Shown piece by piece: positions 43,931 through 56,937 of a stretch of 64,000 nucleotides of DNA. Below the pieces are notes generated by a model that was given only the letters and a program-made list of their open reading frames with translations, did no database searches and was not told where the DNA came from. The stretch lies in NCBI RefSeq assembly GCF_009914755.1, contig NC_060925.1. One strand, given 5' to 3'. Within the stretch, counting starts at the first letter, position 1. The number at the start of each line of letters is the position of its first letter. The position numbers were made by a program, and so were the translations under genes. The stretch comes from the human T2T-CHM13v2.0 reference genome, Homo sapiens.

Positions 43931-44238
43931 GGCAAAGACATCCTCTTGTACTCTGCAAAGTGTTCGGCCAACAGGGAGTGGTCATTTTAGCTGGGCCACA
44001 TGGAGTCATTGCATGGGGACAGGGTGACTAAAGGACAGAGCAAGGGCTTTGCAGTCAAATGGCCTGAGTGTGCATTCCCTCTGACAGTGAAACCTCCTGA
44101 GCCTCAGTGAGCTCAGTGTAAATACGGGAATAATGGTACCCCCCACACAGGGATACTGTGAAGATTCACCAAATAATGTCTACAAAGTGATGTTCATTAA
44201 ACCATAGCTGGAAAGCTACATGTTGTAAGCACTGAGGA

Positions 44239-44558
44239 TTTTTTTAAAATTGAGACAGGGGTCTCACTCTGTCACCCAGGCTGGAGTGCAGTGGCGTGAT
44301 CTTGGCTCACTGCAGCCTCCGCCTCCTGGCGGAGCCAGGAGTCATCCTCCTACCTCAAGTCATCCTCCTACCTCAGCCTCCAGAGGAGCGGGGATCACAG
44401 GAGTGTGCCACCACACCCAGCTAATTTCTCGTATTTTTGGTGGAGATGAGGTTCCATCATGTTGTCCAGGCTGGTCCTGAACTCCTGAGCTCAAGTGATC
44501 TGCCTGCCTTGGCCTCCCAAAGTGCTAGGATTACAGGTTTGAGCCACCACGCCCGGCA
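44239..44558 (-). mobile_element. Alu (J/old S) with complex internal insertion
   Basis: TSD CACTGAGGATTT / CACTAAGGATTT; extra ~23 nt around 44330-44353. Confidence 0.94.
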
Positions 44559-45196
44559 CACTAAGGATTTTAAAGAGAGGGCTACAAAACCGAGGCTGGT
44601 CATTTGGAAACTTGGCAGAGACTGTGCTAGGGCAGGGAGAGCCTAAGGCAGGAGCAAGTGCAAGTTTGTCCCTGTCACTGTAAGTGAGGAGGACTCATGT
44701 GTGTTTCTGTTTTCTCTGCCTGGGATCCTTAACTCCATTATGCTTCTTCAACCAGGCTCTTCCCAACAGAGTGACCCTGGCCCTGGCCTTGAACTGTCCT
44801 CTAGACTTATTTTCAGCTTTTCACTTCATAATCCAAGAGTATTAAACTTCATGGTCAAAAAAGGACTTGTCAGGCATGTGGGTTTAGTTTGTGCGTGCGG
44901 ATCAGGAAGGAGGAGGAGAGGGAAGGAGGAGGAGGATTATACTGGTTGATAATCCTCAAGAAAAAGCACTTGTTCTAAGTACAAAGTGGGAGCTGCCCAG
45001 CATGTGCCAAGAGCCTCTAGAAAAGGCACTGGGGATGCTCTGCAAACCCACCCTTCCTTCTCCCTCTCCCCTACTTCCTCTTAACCCCCACCTCCCTAAC
45101 AGGATCCTCTAAGGTCTTGAGGGCAAAAGGCAGTGAGGAATAGCAGAATTTCCAAAAGGTCCAAGAGTTTGTGGAACAGTCTACCTGTATGATTAG

Positions 45197-45540
<344 letters not shown>

Positions 45541-45934
45541 AATTTTTGTTATGTTAAGTCTGTGAGAACATCTTCCTCTACCATTAAAACTAAAATTTTC
45601 AACTGATGTTTACCAGTTATTCCCCCCGCCCCACTCGTTTTTTTACAAGCCTGGCAACCAAACCTTAGCCAGGTTAACTGACTTGCTGGTAACAGCTCAA
45701 GATTCAAACCCAGGTTGGTCTAACCCCAGAATCTAAGCTCCTAACTGCTGCTCTGCTAAACTCCTTATAAGATGGTATTTTGTTAGAGGTACTAACTATT
45801 CCCAGTTGTTTAGAATGATTATATTTTCTTTTAAGCAAATCAAAATGTTTTTTATTGTTGGTGATGGTGATGGTCACTCTGTGCAATGCTTGGAAAAGCC
45901 AACCTTGAAAACCTGGATCTGTGGCACCTCCTCT

Positions 45935-46135
45935 CTCTTTGCAGTTAGACAGGCACGAATTCAAATCCTGACTCACCAGCTCCTGGCAAGTCACTCAACC
46001 CCTTTGCTCCTCAGTCTTTTTATTTATTAAATGGGTATAATAATACCCACCTTGCTGGATGACAGGCAGGATTCGAGATAATGAATACTGAGCACCTGGC
46101 ATGTAGCAGGTTAAAAAGCAGCTGTTGTTATTATT
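45935..46135 (+). mobile_element. MIR
   Basis: GCAGTTAGACAG...TTCAAATCCTGACTC...CCTGGCATGTAGCAG. Confidence 0.75.
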
Positions 46136-49100
46136 AGCAGGGTCTAGATTGTGTCTGCAAAACCTCACTGGTGAAGACCTCCTCTTTTTGACAGTGAAAG
46201 TTTCCACAGTTTGTTGTCACTGTTTTCGAGGCAGGCTGCCTGGGAGACTGGCCACCCCACCCAGCTTCTCCGTTATTGCATCTTCTTGCCTCCCTAGCAC
46301 AGTTGGCTGCTTGAGCCAGTGGCGGGCAAGACCATAATCTTCCACATTTGTCATCAGACCTGATGGATAGTATTCCCAAGTTAATGCCATAAATGCTGTT
46401 TGGAAATTACAAGTCCATGCTGCTGGTGGTCTAGCCAAAAAAAAAAAAAAAAAAAAGAATTAATTTATAATCATGCATATAAATTTCCTAGATAGTGTTA
46501 TTATCATTCAGGGGTTGAGTAATGGTGCATATGGGGAGTGGCTACTGGAACAGAAAACCATGTCGCTATAACTTAGTGTAATTCCGATGACAATAGTTAC
46601 ATCTATCACTTTGTTATAAATCAATTGATACCCTGTGTTAAGTGAGGAGGCCTCGCCTCCCCAAATGCATAGGAGGAGTGGCAGAGAGGCTTTGGAGCTT
46701 TGTTTAAGGTGTTGCTGGCCATGCTGACTCACGCTGATGGGAAGGCAGAAAACAGATGCTTTGGGAAATTCTTGCGTGGACTCCAAATACCTTGGTCCAC
46801 TGGACAATGTATCCCAATGTATTCCAATCTATTAGCATTTTAAAAAGTGAATGACATACCTATATCTTTAAAGATAGGTCTTTTGCTTGCATTTAGTCTA
46901 AAAAGACTAAATTTTCAGAACTGGAATTATTTACTAATTGAAGACAGGATTCTGATTGAAACGGCATTAGTCCCAGAAGAGCCAGTAAGCATTTGAAGGC
47001 CTCTCTAAATGCCATGAATCAGGCAGTGTATCTTTCCTGTTAATCTATATTGGTTCCCTCCCAAAGGCAATTGACCCTGGGGAAAGGTAAAACAGAAGAA
47101 TCTGAGTACCACTGACCTAGCATGTAACTGGCTTTGAAAGTACACTGCTGGGGAGAAGAATGAGGAAATATCACAGGGAGCAATAGCTTGCGGAGAAAAG
47201 ACGATGGTTTGAAGTCAGTGGAAAGTAATTTTGCCAAGTGCAGAGTTATCTAGTTAACCTACTGTTCAATCTAATGAAAAAGCAGGGCTATTCTGGAGTG
47301 TGTTACAGTATGTAGTTTGTCAATTACCCAATCAGGGGGCATTGCTCATTCAGCCAGGATTGAGGGCAATACCCATACTATTTTATTACTATGAAGCCTC
47401 AACTTGGCATATTTTTATATAGACTATAGGGTGTTAAATAGCCATGCAAAACTAGGACTTTTTCATCCTTTCTGGCCTAGGTCCATTGTCTGTGGGCTAC
47501 ATCAGTTTTTGCCACTGCAATTAGGATGTTACAATATGCAGTTTTAAACTCATAAATATATGGGAAGGTAGAAGGTGTAGAGTTATGATGGTCCCTCAGT
47601 TTTAAAAAAGGCAGGAACAGGTGATCAGTTTATAAGGAAAACAACCTGAGAGGCTAGGGTAGCTGTCTACTAAAAATCTAGAAGGTGCCTTAGAGTCTGT
47701 GGGGGAAAAATCTCCGTTTACAAGCTTCCATATGTATCCTAAAATATCCTTCACCCCCATAGAATTCCAGCCCTTAATAGAAATAAGAGTGCATTTGAAA
47801 AGCCTCTTAGGAAAAGCTCTGTTAAATCCATGTTAACATAAAAGCAACTTAAAATCATCCTTGTTTTAAAATTTAATTTAAAATTTAATTTTTAATTTAG
47901 GAAGTTCGCACTAAGATTGGTCAACCCTCCAGTTTACAAATATCATTTCAGAGAATACTTAATGTACAACTGCTGTTAATCATTGGGAGTCTTACAAGCT
48001 GTTATTCATTTAAAAATGCATATATTTTTATTCTTCTGTTTTGAAGAACATAGTACACATTTCCATAATAAAGCATTTCCCCTTTTGTGCCTGTGATAAG
48101 CTGTTCAGTGGTGTCAAATATTTTTTGACTTTGATAAAAATGTATTGAGGGTCAAGATCATCTCTTAATAGTTCACACTTCTATTTAATAACCTGCCTCG
48201 ATGTCAAAAGACAACCCCATTGTCTCGCAGTTCCAGGAAGTATTATGCGCTGCCGTCCCATCTCCAGATGTGCATCAGACATGTCCATGTTATTCCATAT
48301 TCGGTCCATTCCAGAGAAAGGCTAAAGGAGACAAAGGGTACGGATCTTGTTAGGTGCAGCCTCTGACACTATCACTATCAATTGTCTTTTGCCGAGGCTG
48401 ATCATCACCTCAATTATCTAGTGTCCAGCCTACCTGATAGGTTTTTGCAAACTATAACTCTTCTGTCGATGAGCATGGAATAATGACAACCAGGAGCAAA
48501 TGGACAGAATACAAAAGAGATAAATCCAGAAGTAAAATACGTAAGTCTATCTCCACATATAGACATACAATATGCTTTCAGTATCAAGTGATTCAACATA
48601 ATGTATAGCTAGTGGTTTTTTTGCAGGCTTATTGAGATTATGCTAATACGCTAAGTAAATTAGATAGAGCTGTTGGTTTAAATGTTTTTCCCATTTTATC
48701 ATTTCAATGGAAACATACCCAATATTTAAAAATATTGCAATATGTCAAATGAACATAAATATATAGAATTTCCCCTCAAATCATTGCATTTGTAATTTAT
48801 AGTAAAAACCATTTTAAAGTTAAATAGGGATATTTTGTTTAAGAGAAGATATATTTTTCTAAATGATTCCAATTGAAATTCAATTTCAAACTGAAATCGT
48901 GAATCAAGGAGGAAGTAAAATACACTGGTAAAGTATGCTGGGGATCATAGCAGTATGGATTTTTAGCCATACATGGTTCCACACAACATGAGAAAATAGA
49001 TTTTAGTGCAATATTAATTGAAGTTTTGCCAGTGTGTGGTTCAGGAGGTTAATTTGAAAAGCATACATTACCAGTATATTTATAGCATTTAAATAAATTA

Positions 49101-52100
49101 AAATTATGCTTCACACATCAATAACGCAGCTGTTAAATAATATTTTTATTCTATGTAAATCCCATCCATTCATCTCAGTTGTATAATAAATGACCATAAT
49201 TACAGAGCTTCATTGGGAGGAAGGTCATTGGTAATCCTGTAATTCCTCATTGGTGTAAAGAGAGAAAACAGAACTGTTTGTGATGAATGTATTCAACCTT
49301 TGCATACTTTGGTACTTTGGACCATGCATTAAAATGCAGTCAGAAATTAAGTTCTTCACTTCCACAGCATTTTTAATCTGCTGTGTTGCATTTTTTTTTT
49401 TTTTTTTTGGTAACTAGGGCCTTCTTGAAGTGCTTCTTTTTGGTCTATACACACACACCACCCCCCCCTCACCCGCCAAATTCAGGCTGTCCTATGTCAC
49501 CTAAATCCAATTTGAAGTCTTTTCTCTATAAACAATTTCCTTAATTTTCAGTACTTCTTTATACTTCTAAGAGGAAACATGATCTCCACATTCCTCTCAA
49601 GCTGCGGCATTCTAAACATGAACTCAAGTTCTCAGTCTTGTTTTTAGATGAGCTCTTCTCTTGGCAGATCTCTATTTTCAGGTCACCAGGGAAGGCATTT
49701 AGTAAATTTTTTCCCTTGAAGAATCTTTGGCTCTAACCTGGAAGATCTTTGGCTCTAGCCTGGTTCCCATTCTCCTTTAATGCAAGGATGCAACCTGTTT
49801 TTCCTAGAGGGATTAAAGATACATAGAAGTGAATGTGAATGTTAAAAGTAATGGACCAGTGACAAATAAATTACAGAGAAGATAACAAATTGAGACATTA
49901 ACAAAGATAGCTCTGGTTTAATTTCTCTGTAGACCCTGGGTCCTTCTAACCCTAGAGGCTGTGCATTTTCTCTCCTTTCTAGGAGGAGACAAGGCTTGGG
50001 CTTTGCATATGGAAATAAGAACAAATGACTTTTAATTCCTAATGAGAAAAGTATCAACGTGAGCAGTATTCCCTATGTGTGCCATAAGGGCTTATAATTG
50101 AAAGGTCTGCGGAAGAAAGGGTTCCAAGCGGAGGGAATTCCTTTTAATGAAGCTTGGATTTAGTCCCATTATTCTAATAAAGTGTAATCAATTGGTGCCG
50201 ACAATCTGAAGGTCTAGTTCAACCTCTGATTAGATCTTGGTTGTTTTTAAGGCCACAGGCGTGAGGAAGGGAAACACAAGTTAATAGGCTTTTGGGTCAG
50301 TGATCCACACTTCCTGAAGCGAGCTGGAGTTCGAAGGAGGGCAATTTGGAAGCTGTCTTAGCATAAATCTAAAGCAAGGCTCTGGCTGTCCAGGGGGAAC
50401 CAGGCCCTCAGCATTCCCCAAGACATGCTTCGAGCCGATTCTACTCTTAATCCAATTTACTCAGCCGAATAAGTCCCACTGCTTCAGCTTGCCAACAAAT
50501 TAAAATCCAGCTTCATAAAAACACCTTGAATTTGGAAGGTATTGGCTGGCCCACTAGACTCGAAACTTCATTTATTCTGGCTAACTTCTCAATTATCTTC
50601 CCAGCAGTGGAGATGTGTAAAAGTGCAAAAATCAATAGGGTTCTATTCCCATTCTATTGGAAAGGGAAAAATTAATGAGATAGGACACTCTCTTAATCAG
50701 AAATAAATGTTTTAATTCAGATAATGACATAGTTTTCCCTCGCTGAAGGATGACAAATGCTGGGCTGCGCCCCCAGCAGAAGCAGTTTCAATTTTATTGT
50801 AAATATAAAAGGTATTGATCGGTCAGATGTACAAACCCCATTGCTTACAAAAGCCATTCAGGGGGACTGGGAAAACTATTAAGCACTGGGTCAGAAATCA
50901 ATAAACAACACTGAAATGTAGCAGAGGTCGCCCTAGGCATTGTGGCATCTTTGAAAGCCAAGTGGCAGGAATAGTGACAGAAATGTCTCTTGTGGAACAA
51001 TGTTGGGGATGAAGAGGGTCAGATGTTTAATCTCTTCTGTGGTTTGACAGGTCCTGGGAACAGAACTAATGTAGTCTTTCACTGCTGTCTTTGATTTAAA
51101 TACATGCTGATTCATCCCCTTGCTGACAACTGTATTTATTGGCTTTGGGGTGCCTAAATATATTGGCAGGGAAGAAATCAGGGCACATTTCCGAAGACAG
51201 GGCAGTTGTGTTTATGCAAATGGGCCACACCTTGAGTCCCCTTCTCTCTTTTCAGGAAAAAATAAATAGACACCAAAACTTCTTTTCATCACGCCAATAG
51301 TTGGGAATACAAGTCTACCACACTGAACCTCCTATTAGAGCAATTACAAGGAAGATGATAGAGCATGAAGTATTTTTTGTAACAGCTGACTAAATGTAAT
51401 ATTTCTCCTTTTGGGGTTTTAATTTTAATACTCACTTTAAATTCAAATGTAGTATGGGCTTCCTTTTCTCCAGTCCTTTATTAGGAGTTAGCATATTCAA
51501 CAGTCTCTAGGCCACCCTCCTTTCATATGTGGTACTGGGGGGCAAAGAGTTTATAATCAATCATCATTTTTCCCAACCCATCCTCCATCCCCTAAGGTAG
51601 TTTTGAAACTAGATGATTAACCCAGATTAGAGACTTCCCTTACAGTTTGAATGGAATTGGGTTGAAGCTTTAAATAACATGAAGATAGTCATTGAACTAA
51701 AACACAGCTTTTATTGCTGAAAATGCCAGGCAAGAAATAGCCAGAGCTGAGAGAAATTACATAAGGGAAGAGATTTTATGCATGTAGGTGGAATCCAATT
51801 TTTCTAATAAGACATTGATTTGAAAGGTTTAAAGCTGAGTATTGAAACTTTTAACAACATCATTTCTGAAGCAGAGACAAAGCCTTCTCTCCCCTCCAAA
51901 ACGCCAGGAGCTGCGCCTTGTGTTGCTGAAGACTGTTCCCCTCTTGACACAGGTATGATTATGAGATTGGTGAGGGTCAGGCTGCCCATCAGTAGGTGAA
52001 GTGTTCAGCTGCCGAGGATTTGAGTTTCATCTCACCTCAGATATTATGTCAGTTTCATGTCATTTTCATTCCTGAGAATGATTTGAGAGCGCTCCTTGTC

Positions 52101-52977
52101 CCCTGTTATTGCGGTCACTTGACCTCAGATGTAACTTCTGTCGAATACCATCATTTTAACAAAGAAGAGGAGTTGCACATCCCTAGCCAAAGCTGACCTT
52201 TCCAGCCTGCAGCTCCCCAGATGGCTCTGACGGCAGATTTTACTGCCCCCTCCATTCCCAACAAATGAATGTTAAGGCCTCAATGAATTGGTTCACATTG
52301 GAAGTTACAGTTTTTCATTGCCATGAGCATTTTTAAAATTTAATCCCCCTCCCGTCTTTGTATTTGGTCTGTAGTACTGGTATTTTTCTTTTTGCATTTG
52401 GATGTTCAAACATGGAAAACTACTTTCTGCTTAAAAACATTATTCTGACCCCCTCAAATGGCAATTCTACCTTTGTCACCTAGAACAGAGATGACACACC
52501 TTGATTTCCTGTCTGGAAGATGTGTTCCTTTTTCCCTCACAATCTGTTGCCTCCCTATTCTTGTCCCTTGTCCTTTTAGCACTTTAAAGTTATTCTTAAA
52601 TTTACAACAGGAAGAAAAGTAATTGGGTCATCATGATTTTCAAAAGCCCTCAAACTAGAATACATGTCCTCATTTCTGGGCCTCTGGGCTAGTTCTAAGG
52701 AATTGATAGCCTCATAGTAAAAGGAAGTTTCTTTCTAACAGCTCATATCATAGAAGAAGCTACTGGCTTAAGAAAGTGTAGGGAGCTTATCCCAGGTTAC
52801 ATGGCAAGAGTGAGACACAGAACAGGGACCAGAACCTTTGCTTTCTGAGTTCTTTCCCTACTGTAGCCACACCCAACACCAGTGCCAAACTGTGCCTGAA
52901 GCTTAAAAGGCCTGCTCACTCTCACCATATTGCGTTAGCATATTAAGTGTGCCTAGTACGGTGCCTGGCATCTAGAA

Positions 52978-53185
52978 CAGGACTGGCAAACTTTGTATGT
53001 AAAGGGGCCAGATTGTAAATATTTTAGATATTGCTGGCCACATATGATCTCTGTCATACATTCTTGTGTGTGTATGTGTGTGGGTTCATAAAACCTTTAA
53101 ATATGTAAAACCCATTCTTGGCTTCTGGGCTGTACAAAAACATGTTGTAGGTAAATTTGGCTCGTAGGCCACAGTTGTTTGACTG
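52978..53185 (+). mobile_element. MER58-family hAT-Charlie MITE
   Basis: CAGGACTGGCAAACTTTG...GGGCCAGATTGTAAATATTTTAG...GGGCTGTACAAAAACA. Confidence 0.8.
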
Positions 53186-54199
53186 ATACATGAATTGGAA
53201 GGTGCCTAATGTTTGTTAGTTGATTGTAAGACGAATGTGGGGGTTAACTGTTCATTTTAGGATCAGATAAAATGGTTTTAGTGAAAGTGCTTCCGACCCA
53301 AAGGCACTTGATAAATGTTAGTAATTATCACCTTCTGGGAGCTTAGTTCAATTGTAGAGTTAGAGCGTGGACCAATGAACCACTGGTTCCATGTTTGAAA
53401 AGCACACCCACCTGAGCCAATGTTACCTAAATCATAGTTTTCCATTTTCTTCATGAACCATATGGAATTACCACTGTTGGATCATTTTTCATGTACAAGA
53501 ATGGCCAACTCCGTGGTTCAACCTAATATGGTCTTCCCACATCACCCAAACAAGTTAATACATGAATGTCAGGCTAAGAGATTTACTACTTTGTATTAGG
53601 GAATGTAAGCGATTGTCCTCTTATCCAGGGACACGGCACGAAGAAGCCAAGTTCATTCCCGATGTCATGGGGCCAGCTAAGATCGGGACCTGAGGGCCTT
53701 ATCACTAGCTTGCCTTCTATACTACAAAAATAGAGTTTGGCAGCACCCTGGGGCACTCCACCACTCCCTCCCCACCCAGTTCAGGATGCCTTTCCAGCTC
53801 TGTCATCAATATGTAGCTTTGGTAGGTGTCTGTTGTGAGTTTGGATGCTGGGAGGTAGAGGCAGGAGTCTGGGAATGGAAATAAAATTGGTGACATGTGG
53901 GAAATCAGGTCAGATTATGGCCACAGCTCCTTTGCACATGGTAGGTCTATAGTTGATTTAATGATTTGACTTCTGGATTTCTACAACTTAAAGGAGGCCC
54001 CAGGCTGGTCCCAACAGCTAATTGAGGCCTGTTCTCATTCCCTGAGTCAGACTGTCCCAGTGGACTCCCCCTTATTTCATCGATGTCATTTCAAAGAACA
54101 AATCCTTATGGTTTTAGGAATCTTTCCTCTAAGACATTAGGAAAATTATCCAGACCCTGTCATTTGGCGAACTCTAAGATTCTATAAAGATCTTGCATT

Positions 54200-54670
54200 C
54201 AATTCATGTTTATTTGGTACTCATAAGGTGCTAGGTGCTCTTCAATCCAAATTAATGTTCTTCAACCCAAGTGAGCTTTAACATAAATTCTTCAATACAA
54301 GTGAACAAAACAAAGATTCTGGTCCTCTTGGGACTTACATTCCAGTGTCAAGAACAGACAATAAACAAATAAGCAGGAAAACCATCGGGTGGGCTAGATG
54401 ATGATTAGCTCTCTAGAGATAAGCATGGAAAGAGGCAAGGAGTGAGAGTTACAACTGGCTTCCGTAATCAAGTGACAATTGGGCCAAACTCTGAAGGAGG
54501 AGCGGGGGCATCACGCAGGTATCTGCCCAGGGAACAGCACAGTGGTGGGGTGTGCGGTTGCCGGGGCTGTTCATGGAGCAGCCAGGAGACCCATGTGTTT
54601 ACAGCAGAGTGAACCAGGGGGTCAGAAGTAGGAGTTGAGATAGGAGGGGTTGCAGAGGCCAGATTCTGGG
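54200..54670 (-). mobile_element. L2 3' fragment
   Basis: GTGAACAAAACAAAGATTCTGGTCCTC...ACATTCCAGTG...CAGACAATAAACAAATAA. Confidence 0.75.
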
Positions 54671-55529
54671 GGGTCTCACCAGTGATTTTCTCAAAACAAC
54701 GTTTCCTTTGTTCACTGCTGGGTCCCCAGTGCCTCGCCAGCTCCTTGGCACTTCAAGGAGACCCTCAATAAACCCCTTATCTAAAAACAGTGCATGCGCA
54801 GGCCACTAAAATGGGTGCGGAAAGGCTTGAATAACTCAGACACAATAGTGGAAGGTTACACCTTAAGATGGCACTTCTAATTTCAGTTTGTGTTTTCTAT
54901 TTCAATGCAAAATTTATAGAAATACCAGAACAAATAGAACTAAGACTTATATCTCATAAGTTAATATATCCTGCTTTCTTTGGACAGATCTGTTATCTTT
55001 TTTATAATTACATTCTTTTTGGGTTTTCTCTTTGGGTTGGAGGGATTATCCTTTTGGTTCTGATGCCCTGCTCATATTTTGGGCAGGTTCCCTACCTGTT
55101 CTGCTTCCAGACTGGGTTCCGGACCAGCCTCCTCTGTAGTGTGAGTTACATTATAATTTGCAACACACAATTCGGCACCCGATTTCCAGCATCAGTGCCT
55201 TTGTCTAATGGAATCGTGGGCCTCCATGTCCTCTTTCCTCAGTGAGGTTATCAGCTCTTTCGGGGCCGGGCAATGTCTTACACTTCTTGCACATTCCAGG
55301 AACAAACTGATGTGGCTGCCATAAATACTGCCAACGGATTTTGATAAACTCATGTGTGTGTGTATGTATGTTAGGAAAAATAGTTTAGATATAATCCTCT
55401 CTGGAACCAAGAAAACAGAATACATTAACTTTCAAAATATCTTTCATTTCCTCAGTAGTCGCTATGCTCCATGTGTCTGATCTGTCTTGTCAGGTAGAGA
55501 GCCTTGTGGGAAATGCCATTTGCTCCTAT

Positions 55530-56070
55530 GGGGAGGCAGTAGGTATGGTAGAAAGGGCATTGACTTTGGTTTCAGAAGCTTGGGTTGAATCCCAACTCCC
55601 TAATCATTTTTTTTTTTTTTTTTTGAGACAGGGTCTTGCTCTGTCACACAGGCTGGAGTGCAGTGGCAAGATCTCGGCTCACTTCACTGCTGCCTTGACC
55701 TCTCAGTCTCAAGCGATCCTCCAACCTCACCCTCCCATGTAGCTGAGACTATAGGCTTATGTTACCATGCTTGACTAACTTTTGCAGCTTTTGTAGGATG
55801 GGGTCTCACTATAATACCCAGGCTGGTCCTGAACTCCTGGCCTCAAGTGATCCTCCTGCCTCAGTTTCCCAAAGTGCTGGGATTAAAGACATGAGCCACC
55901 ACAACCGGCTCTTAGTTGTTCTGTCTTGGGTAAATATCTTAGCTTCCTTTAACCTCTGCTCTCTCATCTGTAGAATGGGGATGGTTATTACCTCTCAAGA
56001 ATGTTGCAAGAAATGAAAAAATAATGTATGTAAGACAGTGCCTGGCACTTTGTATTTAAGAAATCATAGG
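55530..56070 (+). mobile_element. MIR interrupted by AluJ
   Basis: GGGAGGCAGTAGG...TGGGTTGAATCCC | ...CTCATCTGTAGAATGGGGAT...CAGTGCCTGGCAC. Confidence 0.8.
55607..55909 (-). mobile_element. AluJ
   Basis: Diverged antisense Alu, GAGACAGGGTCTTGCTCTG. Confidence 0.92.
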
Positions 56071-56619
56071 TATTGCCAAAGGAATAATGACAAATGGAAA
56101 CCATAGCAAAGTTTAAAAAATTAACTTAAATAATATTTTTGCTCCTTGACACTCTATCTTCCAGAGAAGATAAATTAGGAGTTAGTATTAACCATCTAGA
56201 AACTTCTTTTGTGGATTTCTGGAAGCCATTGGGAGGGGTGGGGTGAAGCATTTGAAACATAGGGATTGGCTTGGGTAAAATATAGTTTAAGAAAACTGGG
56301 TGCATTTGGATCACGACCAGTTCATTAAGACTGAAGGTTCACCATGAAAAGGACCAGGTCAGGGCCAAGGCAGCAGAAGTGGGCAGTGGCCACATGCTGA
56401 AGACCCTGGAGCTTCCTGCTAAGAAGACAGGATTTTATCCAGTAGGCAGTGGGGAGGCATTGAAGGAGTGTGTTGGTTACCTGCATTTATGACTTTCCCA
56501 CCATCTTGTCTTTCTTGTGATTATATTGTACGACAATGAACTATTGGAAGTTATCACACTTTTATAGTAGGTCTAAGAACACACATATGATACTGACTTT
56601 TGTTAAAATGGGGAGTATT

Positions 56620-56937
<318 letters not shown>

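Noticed and set aside
46863-46876. 14-bp palindrome TATCTTTAAAGATA; also IR CATTTATCA-C-TGATAAATG at 20468-20486
   Set aside because: Short AT-rich palindromes are expected by chance at this window size
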